From an uncultured Acidobacteriota bacterium (GTDB taxonomy: Bacteria; Acidobacteriota; UBA6911), in the NCBI GenBank assembly GCA_963827655.1, contig CAWHCF010000050.1:1-64000 (forward strand): a DNA stretch of 64,000 bases, given 5' to 3'. Shown piece by piece: positions 1 through 10,267 of this stretch; position 1 is the stretch's first letter; each line of letters starts with the position of its first letter. The notes under the pieces were generated by a model. The model was given only the letters and a program-made list of their open reading frames with translations. It ran no database searches and was not told the origin of the DNA. A program made the translations under genes and the position numbers.

Positions 1-61
1 GGTGGCACAGTTCATTATCTCCATGGCATGGGAATTGATGTTCAGTGATTTGAAATCATGT

Positions 62-3000
62 TCAAACGAGGATCACCTCCTCGATGACTTTCGCGATTCT
101 CCCGGCGTCGAGCGCACCGCCCGGGTCATCACTGGTTTCAATGAGCGTGCCTTCAGGACCGCCGCCGTCCTGCCACGGCAAGATTCCGGCCGCCAAGTAT
201 TCCGCGCGTTTCCGCTCCCATCGGGCTCGATAGCGTGGGTCGTCGAGAAGTCCGAGGTGCTCCCAATAAAAAGTCACGCCGCGGGCATGATCCGCAATGG
301 TGAAATCCGGGTAGCGCACGCGCCCGTTGGACAACGGCAATGGCTGTTCGTAAGCATACTCAATCCCACGTGCATAGAGCTTGTCGGCGATGACAAGCTC
401 GGACTTCGACCGCACGAGGCGTCCTTGTTCGGTGCGGTGGATGAGGCCATCTTCGAGGAATCGTGTTGTCGTGCCAACGACAACCTCCCGCGGGAACGGA
501 TCTACAAATAGGTTGGTCATCCGTCTGGCAATTTCCGAATGTTCTTCACTAGCGTAGCGACGGAAATCAGTGTCGGTCCCCGGTGCAGAATGACAAGGCA
601 CTCACGGTGCCTAGTGAGAGCGGTATAGAGTAGCTCACGCGAGAGCAGCCAACATGGATTTGGCAACACCAGAAATGTGATCCCGAATTCGCTTCCTTGT
701 GTCTTGTGGACGGTTAGGGCGTAGCAAGTTCCAAAGGGTTCATCGCCTCATCGCCGAACTCGCCTTTCCAGAAGCCATACTTGTGTCCGAGCTGACCTGC
801 GAACTCAACTTCCAACTTAGCAGGTAATCCCCTGAGCTTGGACTTTGGCCCTTATATTGACCGACCACAATGCCGAGGTCACCGTTTGCGATGTACGCCT
901 CGCCCTCAACTTCTGGCCAGACGTCGCGTCGCTTCTGGTTGACAATGTTGATGACTTTATCCCCGTAAAGGATCGACTGTGCACCAAAAGGTTTCGGCAA
1001 CTTCCCGCCCCCAACCCTCTGCGTTCGCCATCTCCCGCCATTGACGGCGAAAACGTTCCTGGATCGAGCGATTGAGAGCATCGACACCATCGAGACCCCC
1101 GCGTACGGGCGAGAGAACCTGCCAAGCGTCTGTTTTTGAAGCAGCACCCGGGTTTTCACCGTATCGAGTCGAAAAAAACGCACGGGTCAGGTCCCTGAAT
1201 TGCGAGCCACCGAGCGAGACCTAGAAGCCCAATTCGTCCTCGGGTCCCGTTAGGTGTAGAGTCGTGACCAACTTGGCAATGATCTTCGCCTGCAGATCTT
1301 GGGGATCGTTCCACTGCACAATGCGTAGCCGATCGCTGCCGCCCGACGCGAGGCGATCCCAGATTTCATCCGAGCCCGGATCGAGCGGTCTGCCACTAAA
1401 GTGGGAAGCAAGCAGCATGCCTTCACTTCCAGCCGTTTGCCGGCGTGGGACTGTCAGCTCCCCGTATCCCTGCCCGCACCGCGGGAAGATTGACTCAACG
1501 TTCGCCGGTGCCAAGTCAGTTGCAATATCCAGGAACGGACGGCCTGCGCCGATAGGAGGTAGTTGGCGCGGATCTCCCACCATCACGAAGCGCTCTACGT
1601 TCGTCAGAGCATCAAAGAGGGTCGCAAGCTGATCTTCGGTAAGCATCGAGCATTCGTCGACGACTACAGTACGAAAGTCCCCGCACTTTGGCGCGCTTCG
1701 ATTTGGGAAATACGTTCCGGTCTCCGTGTCATAACGAGAATAGCGGTTTAGAAATTGAGCCAGGGTAAGTCCCTTGCCGCGGAGTTCGGTTAGCTCTTCG
1801 AGCCGAACGCGCGCCTTGCCCGTGGGTGCGAGCAGGAGGATTCCCTTTGCTTTTACCTCACTAAGCTTGCAAAGCATTCGCAAGAGAGTTGTTTTTCCCG
1901 TTCCGGCGGGCCGACCAATACTGACAGTCGGGAACGGTAGAGCTGCTCGAGCGCTGCTGCTTTCTCGTCCCGTGCCCGATTTTCTACGATCCTCTCTTCA
2001 GCATCCGCACCAGGCCTATACGGAGGTCCTGCTCCACAAGGGCACGCCAATTGTGGGAAGCCGAGTGGAGTTTGCCCTTCTTTCTACCGCTTACCTCTCG
2101 GCGAATGATTTTGCGGCATTCGACCAGTCGATCGATCTGGTAAGCTGCCTCGCCGCCGCGCGTCGCAACACGCTCAATGATCGGCGCGAAGTTCTCTTCG
2201 CTCACATCTAGAATGTTCTCACCTAGCGGACAGGGAGGCTGAAGCGCCCGGTCGCGCGCGCGACGGATAACCCAGCTTCGCGGCAACACGGTGTGCCCTT
2301 GCAGTGAGGCTTCCTCCAACAATTCGGCTACAAGCGCGCGTACGCGCCGAGGATCGGCCGGATCGTCGATTCGGCTCGGGTCCGGCACCGGGAACTCCTG
2401 CCGTACTGCCTCGTCCGGAAAAAGCCCGCGGTCGACCCCCCGAAGACAACGGGATTCCAACTTTGGCGATCCCGTTCGAAGAGCAAGAAAGGATTTGCCA
2501 GGAGTTCGCTGTCGCTGACCTCGACCCCGGCGTCACGTCGCTCCGTCGGATCGTATAAACGTAGTGCCTGATCCTCGGTGATCGCACATCGGCTCAGAAG
2601 CTGGAGCAAGGCACGACGCTCGCCGGGAGACTCTTCCAGCCTTTTCGCAGACTCGGGGATAAGAGCTTTGCAACGGGACTCTGGAGCCGCGCCGGATTAT
2701 CTATCAAGGCGTCCACCAGTTCCCATGGGTTGCCACCGCCCGTACGCTCGCGCTCGAGCTCTACTTCATAGGCGAGCAGACTGCCATGCTGGAAACCCCA
2801 CTCGTAGCCGAAGGCGAAGAGGGCCGACCCCAGGCCCGGAAATGCTCCCCGGGCTCGCCACAGCCGATTGAGCTCTCTGTCGATCCACCGCAAGGCCGCT
2901 TTCCACGGCCCTTCGATTCGCTCCTGGATGCGGTGAAGTACCGCGGCGCACGACACGAGCGAGGCAACGGCTCCGTCATGGGTCAGCAGTTCCGAGGCAT

Positions 3001-3910
3001 AGGAGAATTCGGAGAAATGTTCGTCGGGTGCAAAGCAAACGAGTTCCTCAGGGTCGATCCCGGTGTCGTGTGCGAGGTGCAGTACCTCTTTGTAGGGAAA
3101 CAGGAAACCGTCGGTGTACCCAGGACGGATCGAGTGCCCCACGTTGCGCTCCCACAGCATGCACCGCAGTGGCGGTTTGACCACTCTGTATGAGTACTCG
3201 AGGGCTGCACCCACTGAGAGAACCCGCCCGGCGCCCACGATCACCCGCCGCGACTGCTCAGACAGCGGTGTTCGTTTAGCATAGAAAAAACACAGCGATT
3301 CCTCCGGTCGCAAAGCGCCGAAGAATGTGTCCAGCAGCGTGAGCTGGTTGTCACGGTCCTGCACCCATGGGGTTTCGAACTTGAGCTTGGGTTCTCGATC
3401 TGGCGTCCAGCCGAGCTTCAGTGACTCGGCGAGACCGAGGTCGTCGTTCTTCGGATTGCCTTCGACCTTGCCGCGTAGCATCCATCGGAAAGGAACACAC
3501 GCGGCGGAGTACGCAGGCTGCACGAAGCGCGTGGGGGCGAAATGCCCGTGAGTTTCAGGATTCGTTTCCACGTAGGGATGCTGCATAATACGAGTCAGCT
3601 CGAAGGGAGCCATAAACGACACGCGCTCGCCTACGCAGGGTGGCAGGTCACCTCCGGCCAGCTGGTCGAGTCGCTGTCCGGCGCATCGCCCTTCAACGGC
3701 TTCGCGCTTACTCTTGCCAATGCGGGGCAGTACCAGGCAGCTCGTGTTTTCGAGCGGTCGCGTACAGACCGAACCTGTCCAACCCCCATCGTGCCAGGGC
3801 ACTCGGATTGTGAGATGGTGAGCCGGCAGTAGCTTGGCGCCGGGAGCGAGCGATCTGACAGAATCCCTCCTTCCACGTGCCTGATTCGCCCCTTCTTTCG
3901 CTCTGATCAT
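62..3910 (-). CDS. Large RecD-like (SF1B) ATP-dependent helicase with long N-terminal extension and C-terminal PD-(D/E)XK/Vsr-like nuclease domain; split by several frameshifts, about 1280 aa restored
   Basis: ORF pieces 2594-3910, 2328-2609, 1984-2460, 1221-1883, 740-1183 and 62-601 are colinear. Motifs: Walker A GP/AGTGKTT (~1880-1915), LLAPTGKA, Walker B VVVDECSM, VGDPRQLPPIG, NGDLG, YALTVHKTQGSEF and LLYTALTR (~610-725), then RSKSE...YPDFTI...WEHLG. Confidence 0.85.
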
Positions 3911-3975
3911 TTTCGTCCCTCCAGGAAGGCCCGACCCTTGTCAGAGATCTCCCAGACGCCGCGCGGCGAGCTGTA
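3907..3975 (-). pseudogene. C-terminal remnant of an Mrr_N-like winged-helix protein, overlapping the helicase start (ATGA)
   Basis: SSPRGVWEISDKGRAFLEGRK-stop resembles the end of Mrr N-terminal wHTH domains (SPxRGxWxIT/SxxGR). Upstream in-frame sequence is not Mrr-like. Confidence 0.5.
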
Positions 3976-4535
3976 GTGCGAGGCATAAACGTTTTGCGGT
4001 GTGGTGTTGGTCAACTCCAACCGTAATCCGGGTTGCGATGAGCTCTCGTGGACTACGAGTCTCCGTACGACACAAGACTGTGCGTATTTCGACAAGCTCG
4101 AATCGGGCGTTGCTACAGCCGCGACATCAGCACTAAGGGGGAGGAGTACCCAGGAAACGATATTGAAGAATAATTCGAAGTAGCTCTCGTAAGCAACAGC
4201 AATCAGCCATGCAGGCTGTCCGCAGAGCCACAGGTTGTGTAACTCGCACGATATGATCCACCATTTTCGGCATCCTGATTCGGTACCCGAGCAGCGTCGT
4301 CGTGAACCCCGGCACTGAACCGGTCACGGTTGTCAGGTTTCCGACAACCCTCCGCCGAACAGGCTCGACCCCGGCCCGAGCCGGAGCGGATCCCGAGAAC
4401 CTTTGACTGCGGCTGTGGAGTCGATCTCGGTCAAGAACATCTCAAGAGGATCCGATGAAGCCGGGGGCGTCTTCTTGGTCCTACGTTGGTTCAGAGCGAA
4501 ATGCTTCCCGGCAGGTGGCGGATCTACATTGCGTG

Positions 4536-7500
4536 TCAATCTGTACCACCAAGAGAGGCCCAGACCGAGTCGGGTACGTCAGTCGGAAGCTTCCATCTGA
4601 CCGTAATCGGTCGATCGCCGTGCCACTCCAAGAACTGCACGTCGCCGCAGTAGACGAACGGCGCCGCGCCCCCAGCGCCATTTTCTTTTGGCCTCGGACG
4701 AACAAGTGGACAGCGAATCCTCGCTCGACATGGTGACGAATGTCCCGGCCGTCACCGCTGTCTTGGCCAGTTCGATTCTGGCTCTGCCACTCGAACTCGC
4801 TTCGGCTGATGAAGTGGTCCTTGTACTGGAACTCCGATCCGTGAGCGGACTTGTCGAGCGTTACGAGTAGGAACATGTGGCCTGGTCTCTTCACGAATCC
4901 GGCATTCCAGATCGCAGTCGAAAACTCGAAGCCGAACAAGGGTGGGATCTCTTCTCTCGAATAGCTCTGCCAAAGCTGCAACTCTCCGCTTCGGCGGCCA
5001 AGCGGCATGAGGTGCCAGCCGTTGTCTTTCAGTTCAAGCGCGACGGCGTGTCGTGTGCCGGGCGCGCCGGCGTCCGGACCGAACCAACGACGCAGAATCT
5101 GCGGGAGATGGTTGTCCTCGTCTCCCGATTCCCGAACGACGTTGACCGCCACCTTGACGAAGTTCGCGGAATACGCTGCGTCATCGACCAACACATCGGT
5201 CCAGCCCTCGGGAAGGTCGCTTCGCTCGGGTTCTGGCGGCAAGAACAGGATGGGGCTCCCGTTCGACTGGCTCACCTTCAACGTCGAGAATCCAGCCGTT
5301 TGCGTCTGCGCACGATCGAGGTACTCCGTGAGTCGCCACTCCGCGAGCTCGCGCACCAGCTCCTGGAGCGCCGGGGCCGTGTCCGCCTCGACACTGAAGG
5401 TCGTTTGAAAGACCTGGTCGCGATAGCTGAAGTACGAGACACCCGCCGTGCCCTTTCCTCCTGCCCACGCCGCAAGCGGGTTCTGTTCGAGCAGCCTGAT
5501 CAATGCCTTCCGGTCATTGAGTGCCGACCCGATGTCTGCCGACGCCCTGGTCGTGCGCGTGGCGAGCTGCGCAACGTGGTCGGCCAGTTCATCGATGCCG
5601 ATAGAGCCTGGGAACCTATCCGCGTTCAGCATCGCGAGCAGGACGAGCATCTTGTAGCTCTTCACCATTTCCGTCGTGTCAAGCGCATTCACGAATGCTT
5701 CGTGTCTCTCAAACGCGCGTTGCTGCGTTGCATCGAGATCGCCCATCGAGGCGACGAACCCGGTCCACGACCCGGCTCGTTTGCGAACCGCGCGAGGGTT
5801 GTACCCGTCTTCGTAGACTTCCGTCGCCGTGGGCCTGATGCCGTGCAACGTCTTGAAGTCACGGTAGTACCGTTCTAACGCATCGTCTTGTGTCGTGGTG
5901 CGACGCAACAGACTGCTTGAGGATCTCCACGGCCTCCAGTTCGTACGTGACCTCACAACCGGGCGGCAACTCCTGGGTGCCGTTTCGCAGACGCTCGAGC
6001 AGATTGAAGATCTCCCGGTCGCCGGATCGGAGGCCGAACAGCGTCTGCGGCTTGAGCAGGAAAACTCTGTGGTTGCCGATGTAATCGATCACCACAAGTC
6101 GCTCCTTGCCGGGCGCCTTCCTCAACCCCCGGCCGAACTGCTGGAGCCAGAGAATCTTTGACTCGGTCGGCCGAAGCATCATCACGGTGTCGAGCGTTGG
6201 TAGGTCGACGCCCTCGTTGAACATATCCACGGCGAACACGATGTCCAGATCACCGGCCTCGAGCTGCTCGAGCGAGGCGGCCCGCGGCGCAGATGTGGGA
6301 CCTGAATGGACCGCTACGGCGCGGATGCCTCTGTCCTTGAAGAATGCCGCCATGAAGTCTGCGTGTCGCTGCGACACGCAGAAGCCGAGCGCGCGCGTGC
6401 CCCCCTTGGTTCGAAACTGCTCGAGGGCGTTCTCGGCCCGCCGCTGTGTGGCGACAGCAGCCGTGAGCGCCTCTTCGTCGAACCGCGTGCTCCGCCACGG
6501 GATGTTCGCGTAGTCCACGTCATCGGGAACGCCGTAGTAGTGAAATGGCGCGAGCAGACCGTTGCGCACGCCCTCGACCAAATCGCATCGGTAGACAAGA
6601 TTCTGTTGGCAGAGCGCCAGCAGATCACCTCCATCGCTCCGCTCAGGTGTGGCGGTCAGCCCTAGCAGGAACTTTGGCTGGAAGTAGGCGATCAACTTGC
6701 GGTACGACGCGGCGGCGGCATGGTGGAATTCGTCGACGATGATGTAGTCGAAAGCGTCTGGCGAGAACCGCTCGAGATGTTCTCTTCGGCTGAGGGTCTG
6801 GATCGACGCGAACACGACGTCGGCGTTCGGGTCCTTCGCGTCTCCGCTGTAATGGCCCAAGCGGGCCTCCGGTCGCACGCGTCGGAAGGTGTCGAGCGCC
6901 TGGTTCAGGATCTCCTCGCGATGGGCAACGAACAGCACACGGCGATACTCGGGCCGGTTGGTATCGAGGGCTGAGAGCCATGTCTTTCCAAGACCCGTCG
7001 CCAGGACAACGAGGCCGGCCTTGTTCCCAGCCGCCCGAGTCTGCTCCAGCGCGTCGAGGGCTGCTCGCTGCACTGTGCGTCGGTGTGACCGGCGGCTTGG
7101 CGGCCTCGGGTGCGACGTCGGCCGCTTCGACAATCGACCCCTGAACAGGTCGCCTTTCGCGATACTGGTCCACCCAGTCGGCAGTCAGGTCTTTCGTGCA
7201 GGGATGCCGAAACAGCGCGTTGAAAGCGGCGACGCTATCGGCGAATCCAGCGCCATCGCGAGATGAGATGACTCGGTAGTTCCACTCCACCGCACTCGTC
7301 AGGGCCGATGCGCTCAAGTTCGAGCTGCCGATGAAGGCCGCGCCGCTCCCTTCCGTGTCCGAAGATGTATGCCTTCGGATGAAAGGACCGTACGGTCACG
7401 GTGTCGGGGCGAATGTCAGACACGTCGTGGACTGGGGCGGTCTCAAACACCCGACGCTCGATATTGCCCTCAAGGTCGAGAAGGCGCATCAGCGCGTTCG

Positions 7501-8107
7501 GTTCCGTGATCCCCAGGTAGTCGCCGGTGAGGATGCGCAGTTGCCCGCCTCGATCCAGAAGGTCGCGAAAGTGCTCGAACACACGATCCACGCCGCTCTG
7601 GAGCGCGAAGCTCACGACGATGTCGGCCCGGTCGGCGGTCGCGAGCTGCGAGATGATGTGCGGCAGGAGCGGATCGTCGCCGCCCGTGATCAGGTAGCGC
7701 CCGCTATCGGCGCCTCGCTGGGGTTCGGCGAGATAGTTGCCGCGACCAGGGATCACGTGCCGCATCCCGCCGCGCGGGTCGGGAACGTCGCCGCGGTATC
7801 GGGGAATAACGTGAACGTGCAGGTGAGAGACTGTTTGACCCGCCGCCTCGCCAACGTTCACGCCGATGTTGAAACCGTCGGGTGCATGACGCTGCAGAAT
7901 CGCCTGGCGTGCGGAGTCGATCGCTTCGGTCAGCGCTTGTCGTTCTTGGGCGGTCGCATCGAACCAGCTCGCCACATGGCGACGTGTAACCAACAGCGCG
8001 TGTCCGGCGGCCACGGGAAACGCGTCCCACACGCCGACGATGAGTTCGGCTTGCAGGAAGAGGCGGTCCGGATCTAGGTTACAGAATGGGCACTCTGACT
8101 GAAGCAT
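4536..8107 (-). CDS. HIT hydrolase-PLD nuclease-SF2 helicase-DUF3427 fusion (SauUSI-like modification-dependent restriction enzyme architecture); frameshifted, about 1190 aa restored
   Basis: CPFC...HLHVHVIPRY (HIT); FHPKAY..GSSNLS..EWN (PLD); LATGLGKT, VAHREEIL, DEFHH, GLTATPER, DMFNEGVD, QQFGRGLR (SF2); LLVTLDK..YKDHF..FEWQSQ (DUF3427). Frame switches near 7345, 7090, 5900 and 4670. Confidence 0.85.
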
Positions 8108-8623
8108 GTGATCGGTTACCGGCTGGAGCACGCGTTCCGTCCTGAGTTTGCCTTCAAGCCCAATGGCCCGGCATTCCGGACACCGCCAGCGCGACATCCG
8201 GCGTTTCGCGAACCTGGAAAAATGGCAGACGGCACAGAAGTGACGGATCCGGATGCGGTCGTACGTGCCACGTCGGTGTCCGCAGCGTACCAGGGTTGCG
8301 CGCGGCTCGAAGCCGGCGGTGCGCATCAGCGCCGCCCACTCCGGACCGTGTGGCCGCGCCGCGCGGCCCGACTGATCCCACACGACAACGTGCGCAGCCT
8401 CGTGAGCGATGATCTCGCGGAGCCCTGGCGCATCTCGCGACTCTGCTGCTGGGCTGATCTCGAGAACGTTGCTGGGCGGCAACCATCGTGCGATTGTCGA
8501 CTTGAGATGCGGGTTGACCGCGATTTGCAGGCGGGAGACGCGTGGGTGCCTCCAGACTCGTGCGAGCGACACGAGATGCGCCCGCCCTATTTCCACGACT
8601 CGATCATCTACGAACGCTCGCAT
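8108..8623 (-). CDS. SprT-like zinc metalloprotease with CxxC...CxxC zinc ribbon; no stop before the HIT domain as sequenced
   Basis: IIAHEAAHVVV...PHGPEWAALM (HExxH plus HGxEW SprT signature), then HFCAVC and WRCPEC; part of ORF 7235-8665. Confidence 0.75.
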
Positions 8624-9402
8624 CGCATGCCATCCATCGAGGTCGTTTCCCTTTGAGAAGGACAACTCAGTCGGCCAACTATGCTCGCATAATTGAAGGT
8701 CTTGACGACCGACGGGGACGCGGAGCTGGTGGTCCGCGGCTACTCAATGCTGTGCGAGCTAACGGGCCCGCGGAAGGAGGCCCCGCAAGATTCCGAGACG
8801 GCCACATACTGGGCAGCCGGGCCGTGATACCCTCGACGAGCCTCGCAACCGTGCTGGGACTGTTACGTTAGCCATGGAACTCAAGCAAGGTTCGTCACTC
8901 GCGGCGTTGGTGCGGCATGCCTCAATTACGGTATCGCTCATTTCGAACAAGATCCATACTTATGAAATAGCTGGACCCAAGTAATGAAGTTTGAGTATTA
9001 ACTAATCGGCGAACACCGGACGGATTCATGAAAGTTCGAGCTGTTTGCACTCAATGCTTCTGTCGCCTTTTTCCTTACCCCACGAACAACTATAGTTTAA
9101 TCGATACGTGACGTTCACGTTAGAAATTCGCGCCATCCATCCATTGAGTTATTCGGAGCTGCGGGAGTCTTTAATTGTCTATCATAATTAAGTTTATTTA
9201 GGCGACCTTTAATATGGTCCACTACTCTAGTCTCCCGTCCCAAGCTAGTTCCTCGCTTGCCAAATGTCATCGTTGCGCCGCGTGTACCGATGGTCGTGCT
9301 TATGCCGCTGCGGCTGAAGTTCAGCCGGACGCCAGGAAAAGACGTACGCTTCGCCGGAATCGTAGTCCCATAAAGACCTCCAAAAAAACGCAATCGATTT
9401 AT

Positions 9403-10050
9403 TTATGGCCTGCAAATACCACAGGGGCGGAATCCCGCTGCAACAGCAGCTTCACGCGATGGCAGTTCTGTCGTGCAGTTCTTGCAATTGTACTGGGCGC
9501 AATTAGGCGCGTGGAACACATGACTCTTGATGTTACCGTGATAAACCCGAGCGGCACCTGATTCTGCTGGGACGCTGGGTGCAACACTCGCTCGATGACG
9601 ATGATCCCACGGTGCGATCGGATTGGATAAGGACCACAAGCCTATCCGATCTTCACTGGCCTTCCTCTCAAGCTCTGCCAGGTCCTGGTCGTGGTTGTAT
9701 TTTTTGAAGTGCCAGGCCAGACCTGCCTTGAGCAGCTCTTCGGAGACATCTTTGCCGTCAACGACGACTCTGGCAATCAGTCTGCCGTACTCGTCATTTC
9801 CTATTGGGCGGATCTTCACGGTTTTGCCAAATACGAGGCCGGACGTGAACTGCTTGGCCTTCTGACTGAAGCCCTGACCGAGTTCGGGACAGTCCACGCC
9901 TTCGAGACGTACCCTGATTGCCCGATTGTCCCGCAGGACTTCGATGGTATCCCCGTCTCTCACGCTGATACATCTTGCTGAGAAGGAATCAGGCGCAAGA
10001 AAGAAAAAGGCCAGCCAAAGACTCATTTGGGACGGGTTCATATTTCTCAA
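9403..10050 (-). CDS. Secreted thermonuclease (SNase family) with C-terminal Ada-like metal-binding domain
   Basis: Signal-like N-terminus; DGDT, RVRLEGVDCPE, DEYGR, GLAW, GLWS; C-terminal HVFH..C...AGFRPCGICRP. Confidence 0.9.
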   Translation of the reverse strand: MRNMNPSQMSLWLAFFFLAPDSFSARCISVRDGDTIEVLRDNRAIRVRLEGVDCPELGQGFSQKAKQFTSGLVFGKTVKIRPIGNDEYGRLIARVVVDGKDVSEELLKAGLAWHFKKYNHDQDLAELERKASEDRIGLWSLSNPIAPWDHRHRASVAPSVPAESGAARVYHGNIKSHVFHAPNCAQYNCKNCTTELPSREAAVAAGFRPCGICRP

Positions 10051-10267
10051 TTACTCATTTGCAAGGTTCATTTGCCGGGAACGAAAGAGCCGGTCGCTAC
10101 GGTCGGGCTGAAGACTCTAGTTGAACTGTCAATTGCGAATTCGAATGTTGCAGGAACTTGATAGCGGATCGGTAGAAATCGAGAACCACTGGGTTTTCAC
10201 TGACCTTTTCTAAACTCGTGCTGATCTAGCCATTACGATGCCAAGTTGACAATGCCCTTGCAGCGCC

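Noticed and set aside
4877-8656. Long plus-strand ORFs opposite the helicase genes (and similar antisense ORFs opposite rsbR, DUF11 and PTE genes)
   Set aside because: Shadow ORFs expected from high GC3 codon bias; Arg/Gly/His-rich translations with no motifs.
8700-9400. Short ORFs in the lower-GC gap between the SprT-like and thermonuclease genes
   Set aside because: No recognisable motifs, RBS or consistent coding bias; probably promoter DNA or decayed fragments.
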